A DNA stretch of 64,000 nucleotides. Source: Cyanidioschyzon merolae. Its lineage: Eukaryota. The notes under the pieces were generated by a model, which searched no databases, was not told where the DNA came from, and worked only from the letters and a program-made list of their open reading frames with translations. Location: assembly GCA_000091205.1 (NCBI GenBank), contig AP006499.2. One strand, 5' to 3'. The position numbers and the translations under genes were made by a program. Of the stretch, positions 1-11,614 are shown one piece after another (position 1 is the first letter of the stretch; each line of letters opens with the position of its first letter).

Positions 1-1
1 A

Positions 2-3000
2 TCATTCCTAGACTATCTCTACAGGGAACAGCACCTTCGGGGTCCTTTCCTGGTTGTCGCGCCTCTATCCACATTGGGACATTGGAAGCGAGAGTTTGAA
101 ACCTGGACTCACATGAATGCAATCGTCTTCCACGGCAACGTCAGAGCGCGTGATGTAATTCTGCAGTATGAATGGACCTATGCGGGCATGAGCGTCAGAT
201 CAGGCCTTTTTAAGTGGCATGTTCTCATTACGACGTATGAGATTATCTTGCAAGAAGCTAATCGCCTGCGGGGAATACCCTGGGCTGTCATCGTCGTGGA
301 CGAAGCGCACCGACTGAAGAACCGACAGTCCAAGCTGTTCGACGAGCTGCTTGGCTTCCGTTCCGAACATCGGGTACTGCTCACCGGAACGCCGCTCCAG
401 AACAATTCGCTGGAGCTCTTCTCGCTGCTCCATTTTCTAGAGCCAGCAAAATTCCCGAACGAGAAAGAGTTCCAACAAGCCTACGGAGATATTCGTGACG
501 CCGAGGCTGTCGAGAACCTGAAAGCGTTACTGCGACCGTATCTCCTGCGCCGGATGAAGGAGGATGTTGAGAAAGCGATACCGCCCAAGGAAGAGACGCT
601 CATAAGTGTCGAGTTAACTCGAATTCAAAAGCAGTGGTATCGAGCGCTGTACGAGCAGAACTTTGCTTTCCTCGAACAAGGCGGCAAGCGCAATAATGTT
701 GGTAATCTGCGCAACATTGTGATGGAGCTTCGCAAGTGTTGCAACCATCCGTATCTCATTCGTGGTGTCGAGGAGATCGAAACACAATCACTCGCTGCCT
801 TAGGTGAAGATGCACTGATGCGACACTTGGTGGAAGCATCTGGGAAGCTGGTGCTTGTCGACAAGTTGCTGCCTGTACTGCGCGAAAAAGGGCATCGCGT
901 GCTTATCTTCTCGCAAATGATTCGCGTTTTGGATATACTGGAGGACTATCTCCACTGGCGGGGATATAAGTTTGAACGACTGGATGGCCGGGTCCGCGGA
1001 AACGATCGCCAGCAGTCCATTGATCGCTTCCAAAAGGACCCGGAAAATTTCGTGTTCCTGCTCTGCACTCGTGCTGGTGGACAGGGCATCAATCTAACCG
1101 TTGCCGACACTGTGATTATTTTTGATAGTGACTGGAATCCGCAAAATGATGTACAAGCACAGGCGCGCTGTCATCGTATCGGGCAAGAACGCGACGTGAA
1201 AGTATATCGCCTCATTACGCGCGGCACGTACGAGGAAGAGATGTTCGATCGAGCGAGCAAAAAGCTCGGACTCGACCAAGCAGTGCTGCAGAACATGGGT
1301 GTCGACCAGGGCGGCAGCGGCAACATGCTCTCCACCATGGGCCGCGATGATATCAATCGCCTCTTACGACGTGGTGCCTATGATGTATTTAACGAAGACG
1401 ACTCGGCAGCTGACGCATTCACTGCTGAAAATATAGAGAATATCATGGCGCGACGTACCAAGACGATCAAGACTGGTGGCGCAGGCGACGTTGGACCGTC
1501 AGCGTTTTCCAAGGCAACTTTCACGGCGGATGCTGATGGGATGTTTGGCGATGAAACTTGGCTGAATGACAAAGAATTCTGGAAGAAACTGATGCCACTA
1601 GCGGCCTCTGCACCGAACCCCGATATCATCTATGAACCGCGTCGCCGGCGACAAGTTCAGCGCTTCCAGCCGGGCGAAAACTCTGATGAGGAGAGCGGCG
1701 AACACGAGTCCGACAGCGATGAAGCCGACTTGTCCGAGGACAAACTCGGACCCGATGGTCGGAAACTCTGGAACAAGTCCGAGCGACATCGATTTCATCG
1801 GGCGATGCTCACTTATGGCTACGGAGAGTGGGAACGGATTGCCCAGGCCATGGCCAGGGCCCAAAAAAGTGCCAATCAACGGTCTGTGTTTGAGGTTCAA
1901 CGCGCTGCTCGCAGCTGGTTGCGGCTACTTGCGGAGCACACTGCTGCCGCGCTGGTTGCTGGCGATGCCGCGGATGCCACGCAACAGGAGCGTCTCGCCC
2001 AGGAGCGCCTCGTGAAGCTTTGCAACGAGAAGCGCGTGCTGCAAGCTGCCTTTGAACCCTGGATCGATGAGAACACGCAACAACCTGTCGATGAATCGTT
2101 CACTGAACCAGTCTTCACTGAAGATAGCTACCTCGATGCAATGGAACGGAACGGGTACAACTGGATTGAACGTCTCGAATGCATCGAAGACATCAAAGAT
2201 CTGGTTCGAAACGGTGACGTTGACGGTGAGATTCCCTCGATCACCGCCAGTGGCATCTATGTGATGCCCGACTGGTGGGACGCCGAGTTCGATCGAGCCC
2301 TGATTCTGGGCACCCACAGGCACGGGTACGGCCAGTACGATGATATGAGGCGGGATCCGGATCTGCACTTTTTCGGACGACTGGCGCCTTTGCCGCAGCC
2401 GGAGCCTGGCAATGGGAACGCAGCCGAGGACGGCGACGCGAGGCTCGCCGAATGGACCGCGCTGGACCAAAGCTACCGTGAAAAGGCCGCGTCTTTGGGA
2501 CTCGACGCGGAACAGCTACGAGCACGCGAGATGCCGACCCTACATATACTGAATACGCGACTGAAGAAGCTGCTTAAGGCATTCCAGCGCCTACGACGGC
2601 GACAAGATCGTCGACGGAGCCAACTGGAACAGGCCGAAGAACGTGCGCGTGCTCGTGAGGAGCAACAGTTAGCACGCCGACGACAACGCGAGGCGTTTGA
2701 ACGCGAACGATCGGCTCGCTTTGAGGTTCAGGCACAACGCTGGTCCAAGCGTGAAAAGCACGACTTTGGACGTCTTCTTGGACGTCTCGGCGGCGTGGTC
2801 TATGACGCGGATGGGCGTATTGACTGGTCCGTTTACAAGGAGCGCTGCCAGCTTTCACGCAAGTTCGACTACAACCTCGAGCGCATGTACATTGAGATGT
2901 TGGCCATGGCTCGGGAGAGTTTTCGACGTACCGGTGACGATGCGCTCGCAAAGGCCCTCGATGAACCCATCGAGTATGCGCTGCAGTGGCGGGCCAGTCA

Positions 3001-4855
3001 GCATGAGTCGCGCCTCGCGGAGATGCAGCGACTGAGCCGCGAGAGCAGCGACGCTGCCACTCGATTAGCTGCGCTCGAGGAGTGCCTTCGAGCGCCCCAA
3101 CTGGAAGGTTTTCCACCGACTGAACTCGAGGAATTGCGCACCCTGTTTATTCTCTCTCGCCGTTTCGTAGAACGCGTGCGTGTCTTGCACTTTATCCGCG
3201 TCGTCGCTGCACCACTGCTACAAAACCCGGAACTCTGTTCACATCTGATCGAGAACATACCGCCGCCTCGGTCGGACACACTGCCCTCCTGGTGGCGTGT
3301 CGCTGAGGGCCACGACTTGGCGCTCCTGCGCGGCGTCATTCGCTACGGCTTCGACACCGCCCCGCTAGCACTGGACCCGTCGCTCCCGTTTCTGCCGATA
3401 TGCTCGGATTTGGCGCAGCGAGCGAGCACCGCTGAACGTGCCCCCGAAGACGGTGACCTCAGCACCGCAGAAACAGAAACACGATCCACAAACAACGAAA
3501 ACGACATCGTTGCTATGTTTGCCAAACACCGCGGTGTCTTTCTGCGTGCACGCATCGCCGCTGAGGTGCTCGTTTACGGACGTATCGAGCGCGTGCATGC
3601 AAGCGCATCGTCGGGATCCGTGAAGCCCGATGCCCTGCCCCCGCAGGTGCCACCGCTGCCGATGGACACGTCATCGATGATCACGCATGCAGCGGGCACG
3701 CTTGGCAGCTTACGTGTCTATGCGACGGCCTCGGGGGAGCCGATCTCCAGCGAGGGTGGCGATGATTTCGAGCCTGTTCCCCTGGAGCTCGTTACCGTGG
3801 ATATGTTGCAGACATTCAAGCAGTTGAAGAAGCGAGCATCTGGGGTCGTCGATGTATCGAGTTTACCAGAACAAGTAGTGAGCCTTGGTCGCTTGCTCCA
3901 GAGACAAATGATCCGCGAAGAGACCATGTCAGGGAGCACGGGGCTTGAGCACCGATCTTCTGCTCCTGCTGCTGCTGCTGCTGCTGCTGCGTCGCTGGAC
4001 ATGGTGACAGCGTCGGCTGGATCGAGTGGGAAAAACGCCTCGTTGGTGCCGAGCCTCGCCACGGCAACTGCGGAGCGTTGCGGGCATACCGGTGACACGG
4101 AGACGAATCCCGTGCCTGTGGCGACGGGTCAGCGTGCGGTTGTGCCTGCAGCGGCGGCAGCGGGATCGACAGGTCACGGATCGGCGAGTCAGCCGCAGGT
4201 ACGCAGGTCGCAGCTGCACAAAGTCGCTCGCGATGAACACGGGAACGTTCGGTTGCCGATCCAGATCGGGGTGGTCCTACGGATCGAATCCCTCGGGCAC
4301 ATTGATCCACGAGAGAGTTTCCATAACGAGCGAGCGATCTACCCAGTCGGGTATCGATCGGTGCGCACGTACACGAGTTGCGTCGATGTGAATCGCTCAA
4401 CACAGTATGTATCGGAAATTCTGGATCGAGATGGACATCCGTGGTTCCGGGTCACTTGTGCGGACATGCCGGAGGAGCCGTTCGAGGACAAGTCGCCGAG
4501 CGGATGTTGGTCTCAGATCATGCGAATCATTCGAGAGCGAACCCCGTTGGATAGACGACGCGTTCATGCCACGGTTAGCGGTCCAGAGTATTTCGGACTG
4601 ACACAGCCGATCGTCGAAGAGCTTTTGCAGTCCCTTCCAGGGGCCGCACAACTCAAGAACTACAATTTTAAGCGGTTTCTTTCTCCGGAAAAGGCGGAAT
4701 CTGAGGAATCGCTCCATCCCCTGGGCGCAGCGACGGATTCACCGGCAGCGGGTACAGCGCAAGAGCAGTTGCGAGCGGTTGAGCGCGCGAAGACCATGGC
4801 AGATCCGGTTCGTATCAGACTCTGCCTAGAGCCGATGGAAACAAACCCCGACTGA
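2..4855 (+). CDS. CHD-family SNF2 chromatin-remodelling ATPase (5' end cut by window edge); helicase ATP-binding and helicase-C domains, SANT/SLIDE-like region, poly-Ala tract, C-terminal FYRN/FYRC-like module
   Basis: The reading frame stays open back to nt 2; the upstream translation (..GPFLVVAPLSTLGHW) is SNF2 motif I/Ia, so the N-terminus, including any chromodomains, lies outside the window. DEAH box VVDEAHRLKN, LLTGTPLQNN and helicase-C QAQARCHRIGQ are present. WNKSERHRFHRAMLTYGYGEWERI is SANT-like. The C-terminal FHNERAIYPVGYRSVRTY...DGHPWF...SPSGCWSQI...EYFGLT...LPG matches the FYRN/FYRC pattern of MLL/trithorax. Confidence 0.85.
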   Translation, partial: SFLDYLYREQHLRGPFLVVAPLSTLGHWKREFETWTHMNAIVFHGNVRARDVILQYEWTYAGMSVRSGLFKWHVLITTYEIILQEANRLRGIPWAVIVVDEAHRLKNRQSKLFDELLGFRSEHRVLLTGTPLQNNSLELFSLLHFLEPAKFPNEKEFQQAYGDIRDAEAVENLKALLRPYLLRRMKEDVEKAIPPKEETLISVELTRIQKQWYRALYEQNFAFLEQGGKRNNVGNLRNIVMELRKCCNHPYLIRGVEEIETQSLAALGEDALMRHLVEASGKLVLVDKLLPVLREKGHRVLIFSQMIRVLDILEDYLHWRGYKFERLDGRVRGNDRQQSIDRFQKDPENFVFLLCTRAGGQGINLTVADTVIIFDSDWNPQNDVQAQARCHRIGQERDVKVYRLITRGTYEEEMFDRASKKLGLDQAVLQNMGVDQGGSGNMLSTMGRDDINRLLRRGAYDVFNEDDSAADAFTAENIENIMARRTKTIKTGGAGDVGPSAFSKATFTADADGMFGDETWLNDKEFWKKLMPLAASAPNPDIIYEPRRRRQVQRFQPGENSDEESGEHESDSDEADLSEDKLGPDGRKLWNKSERHRFHRAMLTYGYGEWERIAQAMARAQKSANQRSVFEVQRAARSWLRLLAEHTAAALVAGDAADATQQERLAQERLVKLCNEKRVLQAAFEPWIDENTQQPVDESFTEPVFTEDSYLDAMERNGYNWIERLECIEDIKDLVRNGDVDGEIPSITASGIYVMPDWWDAEFDRALILGTHRHGYGQYDDMRRDPDLHFFGRLAPLPQPEPGNGNAAEDGDARLAEWTALDQSYREKAASLGLDAEQLRAREMPTLHILNTRLKKLLKAFQRLRRRQDRRRSQLEQAEERARAREEQQLARRRQREAFERERSARFEVQAQRWSKREKHDFGRLLGRLGGVVYDADGRIDWSVYKERCQLSRKFDYNLERMYIEMLAMARESFRRTGDDALAKALDEPIEYALQWRASQHESRLAEMQRLSRESSDAATRLAALEECLRAPQLEGFPPTELEELRTLFILSRRFVERVRVLHFIRVVAAPLLQNPELCSHLIENIPPPRSDTLPSWWRVAEGHDLALLRGVIRYGFDTAPLALDPSLPFLPICSDLAQRASTAERAPEDGDLSTAETETRSTNNENDIVAMFAKHRGVFLRARIAAEVLVYGRIERVHASASSGSVKPDALPPQVPPLPMDTSSMITHAAGTLGSLRVYATASGEPISSEGGDDFEPVPLELVTVDMLQTFKQLKKRASGVVDVSSLPEQVVSLGRLLQRQMIREETMSGSTGLEHRSSAPAAAAAAAASLDMVTASAGSSGKNASLVPSLATATAERCGHTGDTETNPVPVATGQRAVVPAAAAAGSTGHGSASQPQVRRSQLHKVARDEHGNVRLPIQIGVVLRIESLGHIDPRESFHNERAIYPVGYRSVRTYTSCVDVNRSTQYVSEILDRDGHPWFRVTCADMPEEPFEDKSPSGCWSQIMRIIRERTPLDRRRVHATVSGPEYFGLTQPIVEELLQSLPGAAQLKNYNFKRFLSPEKAESEESLHPLGAATDSPAAGTAQEQLRAVERAKTMADPVRIRLCLEPMETNPD
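3962..3990 (+). repeat. (GCT)n trinucleotide microsatellite inside the CHD CDS, encoding a poly-Ala run (APAAAAAAAAS)
   Basis: Direct read: gctcctgctgctgctgctgctgctgctgcg. Confidence 0.9.
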
Positions 4856-6154
4856 TGGATGGAGATGAGCGGTTTAGAAGCATCGGATCGCAGAGGATAT
4901 GGTCCGGAATCAGGATTTTGGTTGAGGCTTTGAGCACTGCGCTGCACGAGTACGGTGTTGCGACAAAGCGTGCACCCTCGTGCATAGCGAGCATTCATGA
5001 ATCTCAGGTTGCGGCCGTGTGCATCGCCAGCGTCTTTCGCTCCAGACGCAGACAGGTGGAGCACCACCAGCACCACCGCTACCGCTGCGTGAATCACCAG
5101 CACCGGCACCAGCAGTGCCTGTCATCATGATCGTGAACGAGTTGCAAACCGTGCGGCAATCATGCAGCATGGATACCCATGCGGACAACGCTTTGTTCTG
5201 CGCATGATCGCTCCAAAGTTGCTTTTTATGATGGCGCCCCAGTCGACAAACACAGAAACGCGCACGGCCCAGGTTGTCCATGTCATGCGCAAATCACCCT
5301 GCAAATGGTCTGCGCTTACCTCTTCGTCAGGTCCACGTTCCACGAAACCTTAAACGCTTGCTTTTACGCGCAAGGCATGAGAAACATCAAAATCCGGTTC
5401 GATGGGACGCTTCGGGATCAGGGCAGCATCCAAAGCGTCAACAGCGCCAGTTTCGATCCGATGGAAAGCGTGTTTCCCGAGGAACTTTCACCTGAAGACA
5501 GCCTGTATGAAGCAAAGCGCAAGAAAGGCCGCCAAGTGTTATATTTTCCGGTACAACGATTGAATTTTGCGACGCTATCCTGACTGGTGCTAGTCGTCCG
5601 CTGACCGAGTATTTACGCCATGAACTCCCAAACGATCACGTATGTCTTGAACGCTCACAACGTTGCAGTGGGTTGCAAACTACTGGGAGCCGCCCTGGAA
5701 GCACGCGCCTTTCGTAGACGTCCCGCAGGTCGTTAGAGGTACACAGGAACCGCACGCGGTTGGTGCTGTCCAGCCTGACGGCAAAGAACCCCGGATACCT
5801 GCGGTATTCGTGCGTGATGGGCAACAACGCCACCGTTTCAGGTAAACATGCTCACTCCGGCTGCTCTGCGTGACAGCAGACAGACTCGAAAGAACAGCTC
5901 ACTGCACTGCGGCATCTGACGCCTTACCGGCGCTCGCGGTAACGCGGAGTTTGACAAGTTCGACATAGTGGCGTACTAGAGCATTCAGGCCACAGTCCGC
6001 TTGATTGGAAACTCAACCTTTCCAAGCAAGCGGGACGTTCAACCACCGTATACGAACGAAAAGCGTTTCGAGCCCCAGGTCTGTGGCAGCACGTTGCGGT
6101 TGGTGCAGGTCGGCGTGACCGTCGCCCGTGCCGTCGGAACGCAAAACAGGTGGA

Positions 6155-6193
6155 GCTGCTGCTGCTGCTGCTGCTGCTGCCGCTACTGCTGCC
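6155..6193. repeat. (GCT)n microsatellite, intergenic
   Basis: Direct read: gctgctgctgctgctgctgctgccgctactgctgccg. Confidence 0.9.
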
Positions 6194-6544
6194 GTTGTCA
6201 GTTCGAAGATGGTGTACGGCACGGCGTGCCGGTGAACGATATAGCCGAGAATTTCCGGGCCTGGCTTCGCTCCCAGAAGCAGGGTGCGAATGCGAAACGT
6301 GGAAGTGTTTCCAGGAGATACTGCGAGATGCTGGCGCTTATGGAGAGATAGAAACAGGGGCTTTCCGGGTCAAAGGGAGCAATCGTTCCGTTTTTGTGCA
6401 TATGGACATGAAGTACGTGCAGGAATACTATTTTCGGAGAGGCTTTTATGACCTGAATAGCAAGGTTTTAAGGGTGGCTGGTCGCTTTTCTTCTGGAAAC
6501 CGCTGCCATGATTCATGGAGACCAAGGGATACCCGACGCTTGAG

Positions 6545-7925
6545 TCGACACCCATGAAGAACGACAATGTCATGGGTGCGCTCCGCGAGCTCGTACGCAC
6601 ACGCTCAAGTTCTGGTCTCTTGCGAATGCGATCAAGTCTCTGGGGTTTATCTCAGCGACTGCTTCCTGTTCCTGCCGCGTACTTCCGGCTTCACAGGCAC
6701 CGTTCTCTTCTGTCGCTCCAGATTCGGTGTCAGCAGTCGAAGGGTGTTGACGGCAGTGTGCGAGTCCCAACTGTTTCTCGGCCTCGGGCTGGTGTCAACG
6801 AATGCAATGCGCACTCGCGGTCGCTGCGATCTACGCATCACTTGCCATGTTCGTCTTCTTATTGTGCAGCCTCAGTGCACGTCCTTCGCAGCAGTAACGC
6901 TTGACTCTGGGCAGGTGTTTCCGTACCGTCCATCGCACCGTTTTCTCCGAGTCCTGCCTTCTGGGTCACCAGCGCTAGTCGCATCGCTCGCTACAAGCGC
7001 TGGACGGGTCCAGGCGGTTACCTCTGATACCAACCTGCATTGGCGCGCCCGCCGCTGCACCCTACGCTCATGAGCTTCACCTAGAGTGACCAGCTCGGCG
7101 AATTCGCTTGCTTCTGCGTACGAAAGCGAATGCATACGCTGTTGCGTTCGGTCAAGGACTGTGGAGCGCGATGTTGTCCATGATGAAACAAGCACCGCAA
7201 GGAATACCCTGCGGGCGAAACGAGTCTACGAATTCTGATCCGTCCACGCGCCTTTCGTGCAACGCGTCGACACCAGCTCGACTGGAAGCGCTCGCTACGA
7301 TGACTCGAGTCCGAGTCCGGGTCCGAGTCCGAGACCCCTCAACAGGTAAACGGAAGCGTCGGGCACCCCCGGGGTCGTATCCCGTGAGCGATACCGTGCT
7401 GCTGTGGAGTCTCGTTGCGTCGATAGCCACGGAGGAAGGATGATTTGTCTTCCAAGCGGAACTCAATATTGGACATGACATCGTCTGCGGGCCGTCGGCA
7501 GGAGCTTGTGATCAAGCCGTCATGGCGTATCGTAGAGTGTTTTGCATCGTTCCTCTGGCGTTGCGGACTGCTGCGCCCACGAGTTGCCATGAAGCAGCTG
7601 AATCGTGAGCTTGAAGCACGCGTGACTGGAGCGTGCGTCTCGTCATGCGAGGTGAAGAGCCGAGGCATGCTCGTTTGAACCGGATAAAGAAATCTGTTAT
7701 TTTGCATACGCTAATTCGAGGAGGTCGCGACTCATCTTGATTCTGGTGTCGCAGCGAATGCAACCGGTTGAGCGTCGACGGAGCCGCACCGGAACGTTCA
7801 CCGAGAATCCTGAAACTACTGGTGAATCTGGAAACCCCTATTGGGTGAATCTGAGTGTCGAGGTTGCAAATCTGGAAAACGGTTGGAAAAAATCGAAAGG
7901 CAGGAGCAGTCGACTAGTGCAGTAT
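6545..7925. repeat. Left arm of a large inverted repeat (~1.38 kb), reverse-complement of 11615-13004
   Basis: Identical ORF translations appear on opposite strands (6567..7073+ equals 12475..12981-; 7339..7707- equals 11828..12196+; 7737..8066+ matches 11613..11798-). Spot-checked nucleotide stretches are identical apart from a few SNPs and a hexamer-repeat length difference. Both outer ends fall at a GTCGAC. Confidence 0.9.
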
Positions 7926-9963
7926 TCTATTTTCGTTGGGCACTGGTTGAGACAGCAGCTGCAAGTTGCGAAAGAATGCGCGGTGCCAGACATCTTGGAA
8001 TGTAGTGAAATCCTCAACAGTAATTGCGGAAGAAGCGCTCTATTGCTTGGATATACACGTGAGTGACGGCCTTGCCGCTCGGGTTCAGGTCGTAGGTCAA
8101 CGGTTGCATACAGTCTCTACAGTGAAGCATTAGAGCAACTTCGCGAAGAGCATTGACGGTGTATGGTTCAGTTTTTTTTTGCGTACAGAGAGGAAATGGA
8201 ATAAAGTTGACAGATATGATATAGCCCGACGCAATATCAATCTGCACGTACTTCGTAACTACGAATTGCGAGTCGAGCAACAAGGCTCGTTTTCAACTGT
8301 TCAACATAGGTGAAGAGCAATGGTTCATTGTGGGTGTGGAAACGGGCTTGAAGAGTATCATGCCCGTTGTTTTGCCTCTGAGTCACGGATACGGGGCCAA
8401 AGGCTTACACTGAACAAGACGAGGTTGCCCAGCTTTGCAGGGCTCTGTACTTTCGAGAGTCGTACATGACACACGGTACGCGACGTACCAACAGGTAACA
8501 GGATACTGTTAGAATAATCTCGATGCTCTGAGCACTGCACCCGGCAGACGAGATGCTTTGTGCGCTTCATTCGAAGGTTGCATCAGCGTCCGAGAATCCT
8601 GATGCAGGCGAACATTGGCAGGATTGCATGAAACCACGCTGGGGGCGCCAACGGTTTCGGTTGTACGGTGGCGAGGACGGTGCATACGTCAACTTCATCA
8701 ATGCGCTGGAGAAGGCGAAGACCGATACGTCGCATCGTTTGGCGGTTGAATTCTGTGGCACTGGACGTGCTGTAGAGCACACACGCTGCACTCCTGCACC
8801 ATCGAAGAGAGTGGACTGCTGGCGGAGGAAGCGATTCGTCACGTTTCCCATCGATTAGTTCAGGACAATATACATGCATCACAAGCACAGGCGTGCGCTC
8901 AGACTGGTCCAGAAGAAGATAGTGAAACAGAGCCGGATACACAAGGTGATGTGCGGTAAGCTAGCCGAACGTCAGATAGCGAGATAATCGAAGTTGTGAG
9001 GTTTGCTGTGGTTTGTTTCCGACCGCATCCATGTGCGCGGAAGCGCCTTCCGCACCGAGCCTTGAACGCCTCGTTCAACAAGCGGAAATATCCTGTACTT
9101 TCGGATCGTCCAGCGCTGCTCTGTCGAGCGAATATTCGAGTGAACCGTTTAGAACTCAGTGTGAGCATTGTGCTCAAACGCTGACGACTTCCAATGAAAA
9201 ACATAGCAAACGCCAAGAGGGAGGGCATCGCATTCCTGCCTCGAACAAGGCACTGGGATGGTACGGGAACGCGATCCGGCATGGCTTCAGTGCCTTACGT
9301 ATACATAGGGAGAGAGTTTCTCGGGCTTTTGTTCGACGATACTGGTATTCTATTATCCGACGTTACTGGGCAAGTCCAAATTCAAAATGCAACATTTCAT
9401 GGCAACGCTACAGCACGTGCCAGCGTCAGATCAACAGCGAATCGCCTCGGCAACGGAGACCAACCCCTGGGTAGTTGTATCATAAGCGCAAACGCTCCTC
9501 GCTAACGTACAGTGCCGAGAGCAGGTACTAGGATTCACCCATTGTGGTAGATCATCTCCCTTGGACTCCAAATTCGCGATACCGGAACCCATTGCATACG
9601 TACGTGCAGAAAAAGCAGATGATTTCCCTAGCACCAGGACATTTTTTCATGATTCATATATTCCAATATGCGACCTTTCTGCGGCACAGCGGAAAGTAGC
9701 TCAAGTTTCTCGCTCTTGTGAGAACGCAGTAAAGCTGATCGGTATGTAATGCGATTTTTTGCAATCCTGTAAATCGACCAAGAACTTGGGGTTGTCTTCC
9801 ATCGCAACGGTTGGCACCCTGTGCGAGAAACGATGCCGCCGCCTCCGTCGACGTCACTGGAATGCAACCTCGGGTCTTCAAACGTGCGTTTCGGGTCGCC
9901 AAACGCGAAGCCGTGTTCACAAAGACTACCAAGGCACTCGAACATCAGTGCAGCATCCGCGAA

Positions 9964-11310
9964 TCACTGTGCGTCGCGTCTTTCAAAGGCCGCTATGAAA
10001 TACGCAGAACGTGACGAGAAACCTGTAACGGGAGCTGTGGCTATTTCTGCAGTGCTTGCGCCTATCCTTGGACCAGAGACTCCAAGCGGGGTTCGTGTCT
10101 GCGCTGCCTGCGCGGGAATACGAACCGCTGCAGAGCAGCCAGCCAAACCACGATGCGGCCACGCGGGGAAGACAGTGTCCAAGCGCCAACGACTTGCGAT
10201 GAACGGATCGGCGAGCAGCGCCTCGACAACTTTTTCGTTTTCCTCAATCAGTACGCTACACGTGGAGTAGACAACCCGCCGGACTCGAGGAAAAGCCACC
10301 AGCGCATGCCGAAGTAGCTGAATCTGAACGGCAGCCAGTCGACCGATTCTGGACCAGTTATAGCGCTCCCCGACGGGCCGGTAACGCACTAAACCAGACC
10401 CTGAGCACGACGGATCGACTAGGATCGCTGACGCTTGCGCAAGAGCGCCATCATGAGCATCATCGGATACCACTGTTCGAAAGTCCTTCAGATGCATGCG
10501 AATGCTCTGGGTGAATCCTGCGCTGCGAACACGCGATACCATCGCCCGATAACGTTCGGCATCTCTTTCGAATGCATAAACCATGCCACTCTGTTGCAGC
10601 AGATTGGCAAGAAACATGCTTTTATTCCCAGGTGCTGCACATGCATCGATAAGGTGCCAGCCGCGTTGTGGTTGGAGCGCGAGCGCAGCCAGGCACGAAC
10701 CTCTGTCCTGCACGATGAGTAGCCCGCGCTGCACCCACTCATGGCTGAGGAATGCCCCTAGGTCTCCATGGAAACACCAGAAGAGGTCCGGGTATGCAAG
10801 ATCGCGTTCAACGCATCCAGGGAAGGCGCGTTCGACTGCCGCAGGATCCAAACCGCCAAGGACTTGCGGTCGAAACCAGAAAAAGCGATAATCCTCTGTT
10901 TGTTGAAAAGATGGCGGCTCATCGGTGTTCGTCCTGGACCCGCCACAGGACGTTGTTGATGCGCTGAGCAATTTTTTGAGCTTACGAGCGATGAACCCTC
11001 CAGCGCGAAGCAAGTTACCGCGGCCAAAACAGCGTTCGTAGACCACAACTCGAGCTAGCCAGTGGTTCGTGGGACGTCTCAACCAGTCGTGCCACCAGCG
11101 CCGTTCATCTTTTGGTTGCTGCTGGATCGCACTCTGCAGTATCCGCTCGAGTTCGTGGCTCCAGCGGTGTGTCTCGGTTGCCAAGGCGTACACGCGTGGC
11201 CACTCGGTACCCAGACGCGTTCGTTCGCGGTACAGAAACGTGCGCAGCGAAGCGGATGACGTTTCCGTCAGCGTTAAAACCTGCGCAACGCTTCTATAGA
11301 CGGGGTGCAT
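9964..11310 (-). CDS. NOL1/NOP2/Sun-family RNA (cytosine-C5)-methyltransferase
   Basis: SAM-binding motif DACAAPGNKS, motif IV VDPSCSGSG (the catalytic Cys of the PCS motif) and motif VI TCS (VVYSTCSV) are present. It is the only long ORF between the inverted-repeat arms. Confidence 0.8.
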   Translation of the reverse strand: MHPVYRSVAQVLTLTETSSASLRTFLYRERTRLGTEWPRVYALATETHRWSHELERILQSAIQQQPKDERRWWHDWLRRPTNHWLARVVVYERCFGRGNLLRAGGFIARKLKKLLSASTTSCGGSRTNTDEPPSFQQTEDYRFFWFRPQVLGGLDPAAVERAFPGCVERDLAYPDLFWCFHGDLGAFLSHEWVQRGLLIVQDRGSCLAALALQPQRGWHLIDACAAPGNKSMFLANLLQQSGMVYAFERDAERYRAMVSRVRSAGFTQSIRMHLKDFRTVVSDDAHDGALAQASAILVDPSCSGSGLVRYRPVGERYNWSRIGRLAAVQIQLLRHALVAFPRVRRVVYSTCSVLIEENEKVVEALLADPFIASRWRLDTVFPAWPHRGLAGCSAAVRIPAQAAQTRTPLGVSGPRIGASTAEIATAPVTGFSSRSAYFIAAFERRDAQ

Positions 11311-11614
11311 GAACCGTTCATCACTCGGGTAAGTGTAGTGACTGCCCCCAGGCGGTGCTCAACGTGCCCGACTCGACTCGCACACTAGACAAGTTTTGCA
11401 CCCGCGGCGCGCTGCAGACAGCGGGCTTGTGTACTCGGCACACTGCGGATACCCGAGTGGAAAAGGAAGATGCTCGACAGAACACTCCTATCAGAGAGCG
11501 ATTGGGTTGTAGGATTGCTTTGTCGGTGTAGCGGTCGACGAGGAAGATAATGCAAATAGGTACGGATATGCCACTGCGCGATGCTACACTAGTGTCAGAT
11601 CAACATGGAATACT

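Noticed and set aside
2574-4403. Several 100-200 aa ORFs antisense to or overlapping the CHD gene (e.g. 2574..3116-, 3816..4403-, 1925..2470-)
   Set aside because: These are typical GC-rich antisense open frames inside a real high-GC3 gene; they are Arg/Ser/Pro-rich nonsense.
4855-5130. 91-aa His-rich ORF (EHHQHHRYRCVNHQHRHQQ) just after the CHD stop
   Set aside because: Low-complexity translation of a CAC/CAG-rich 3' flank; no support as a gene.
6567-7073. 168-aa, 122-aa and 109-aa ORFs duplicated in the inverted-repeat arms (also at 11613-12981)
   Set aside because: Their composition is junk-like (S/R/C/P-rich, no motifs) and they appear on both strands of the same DNA. Their duplication simply reflects the inverted repeat, not a two-copy gene.
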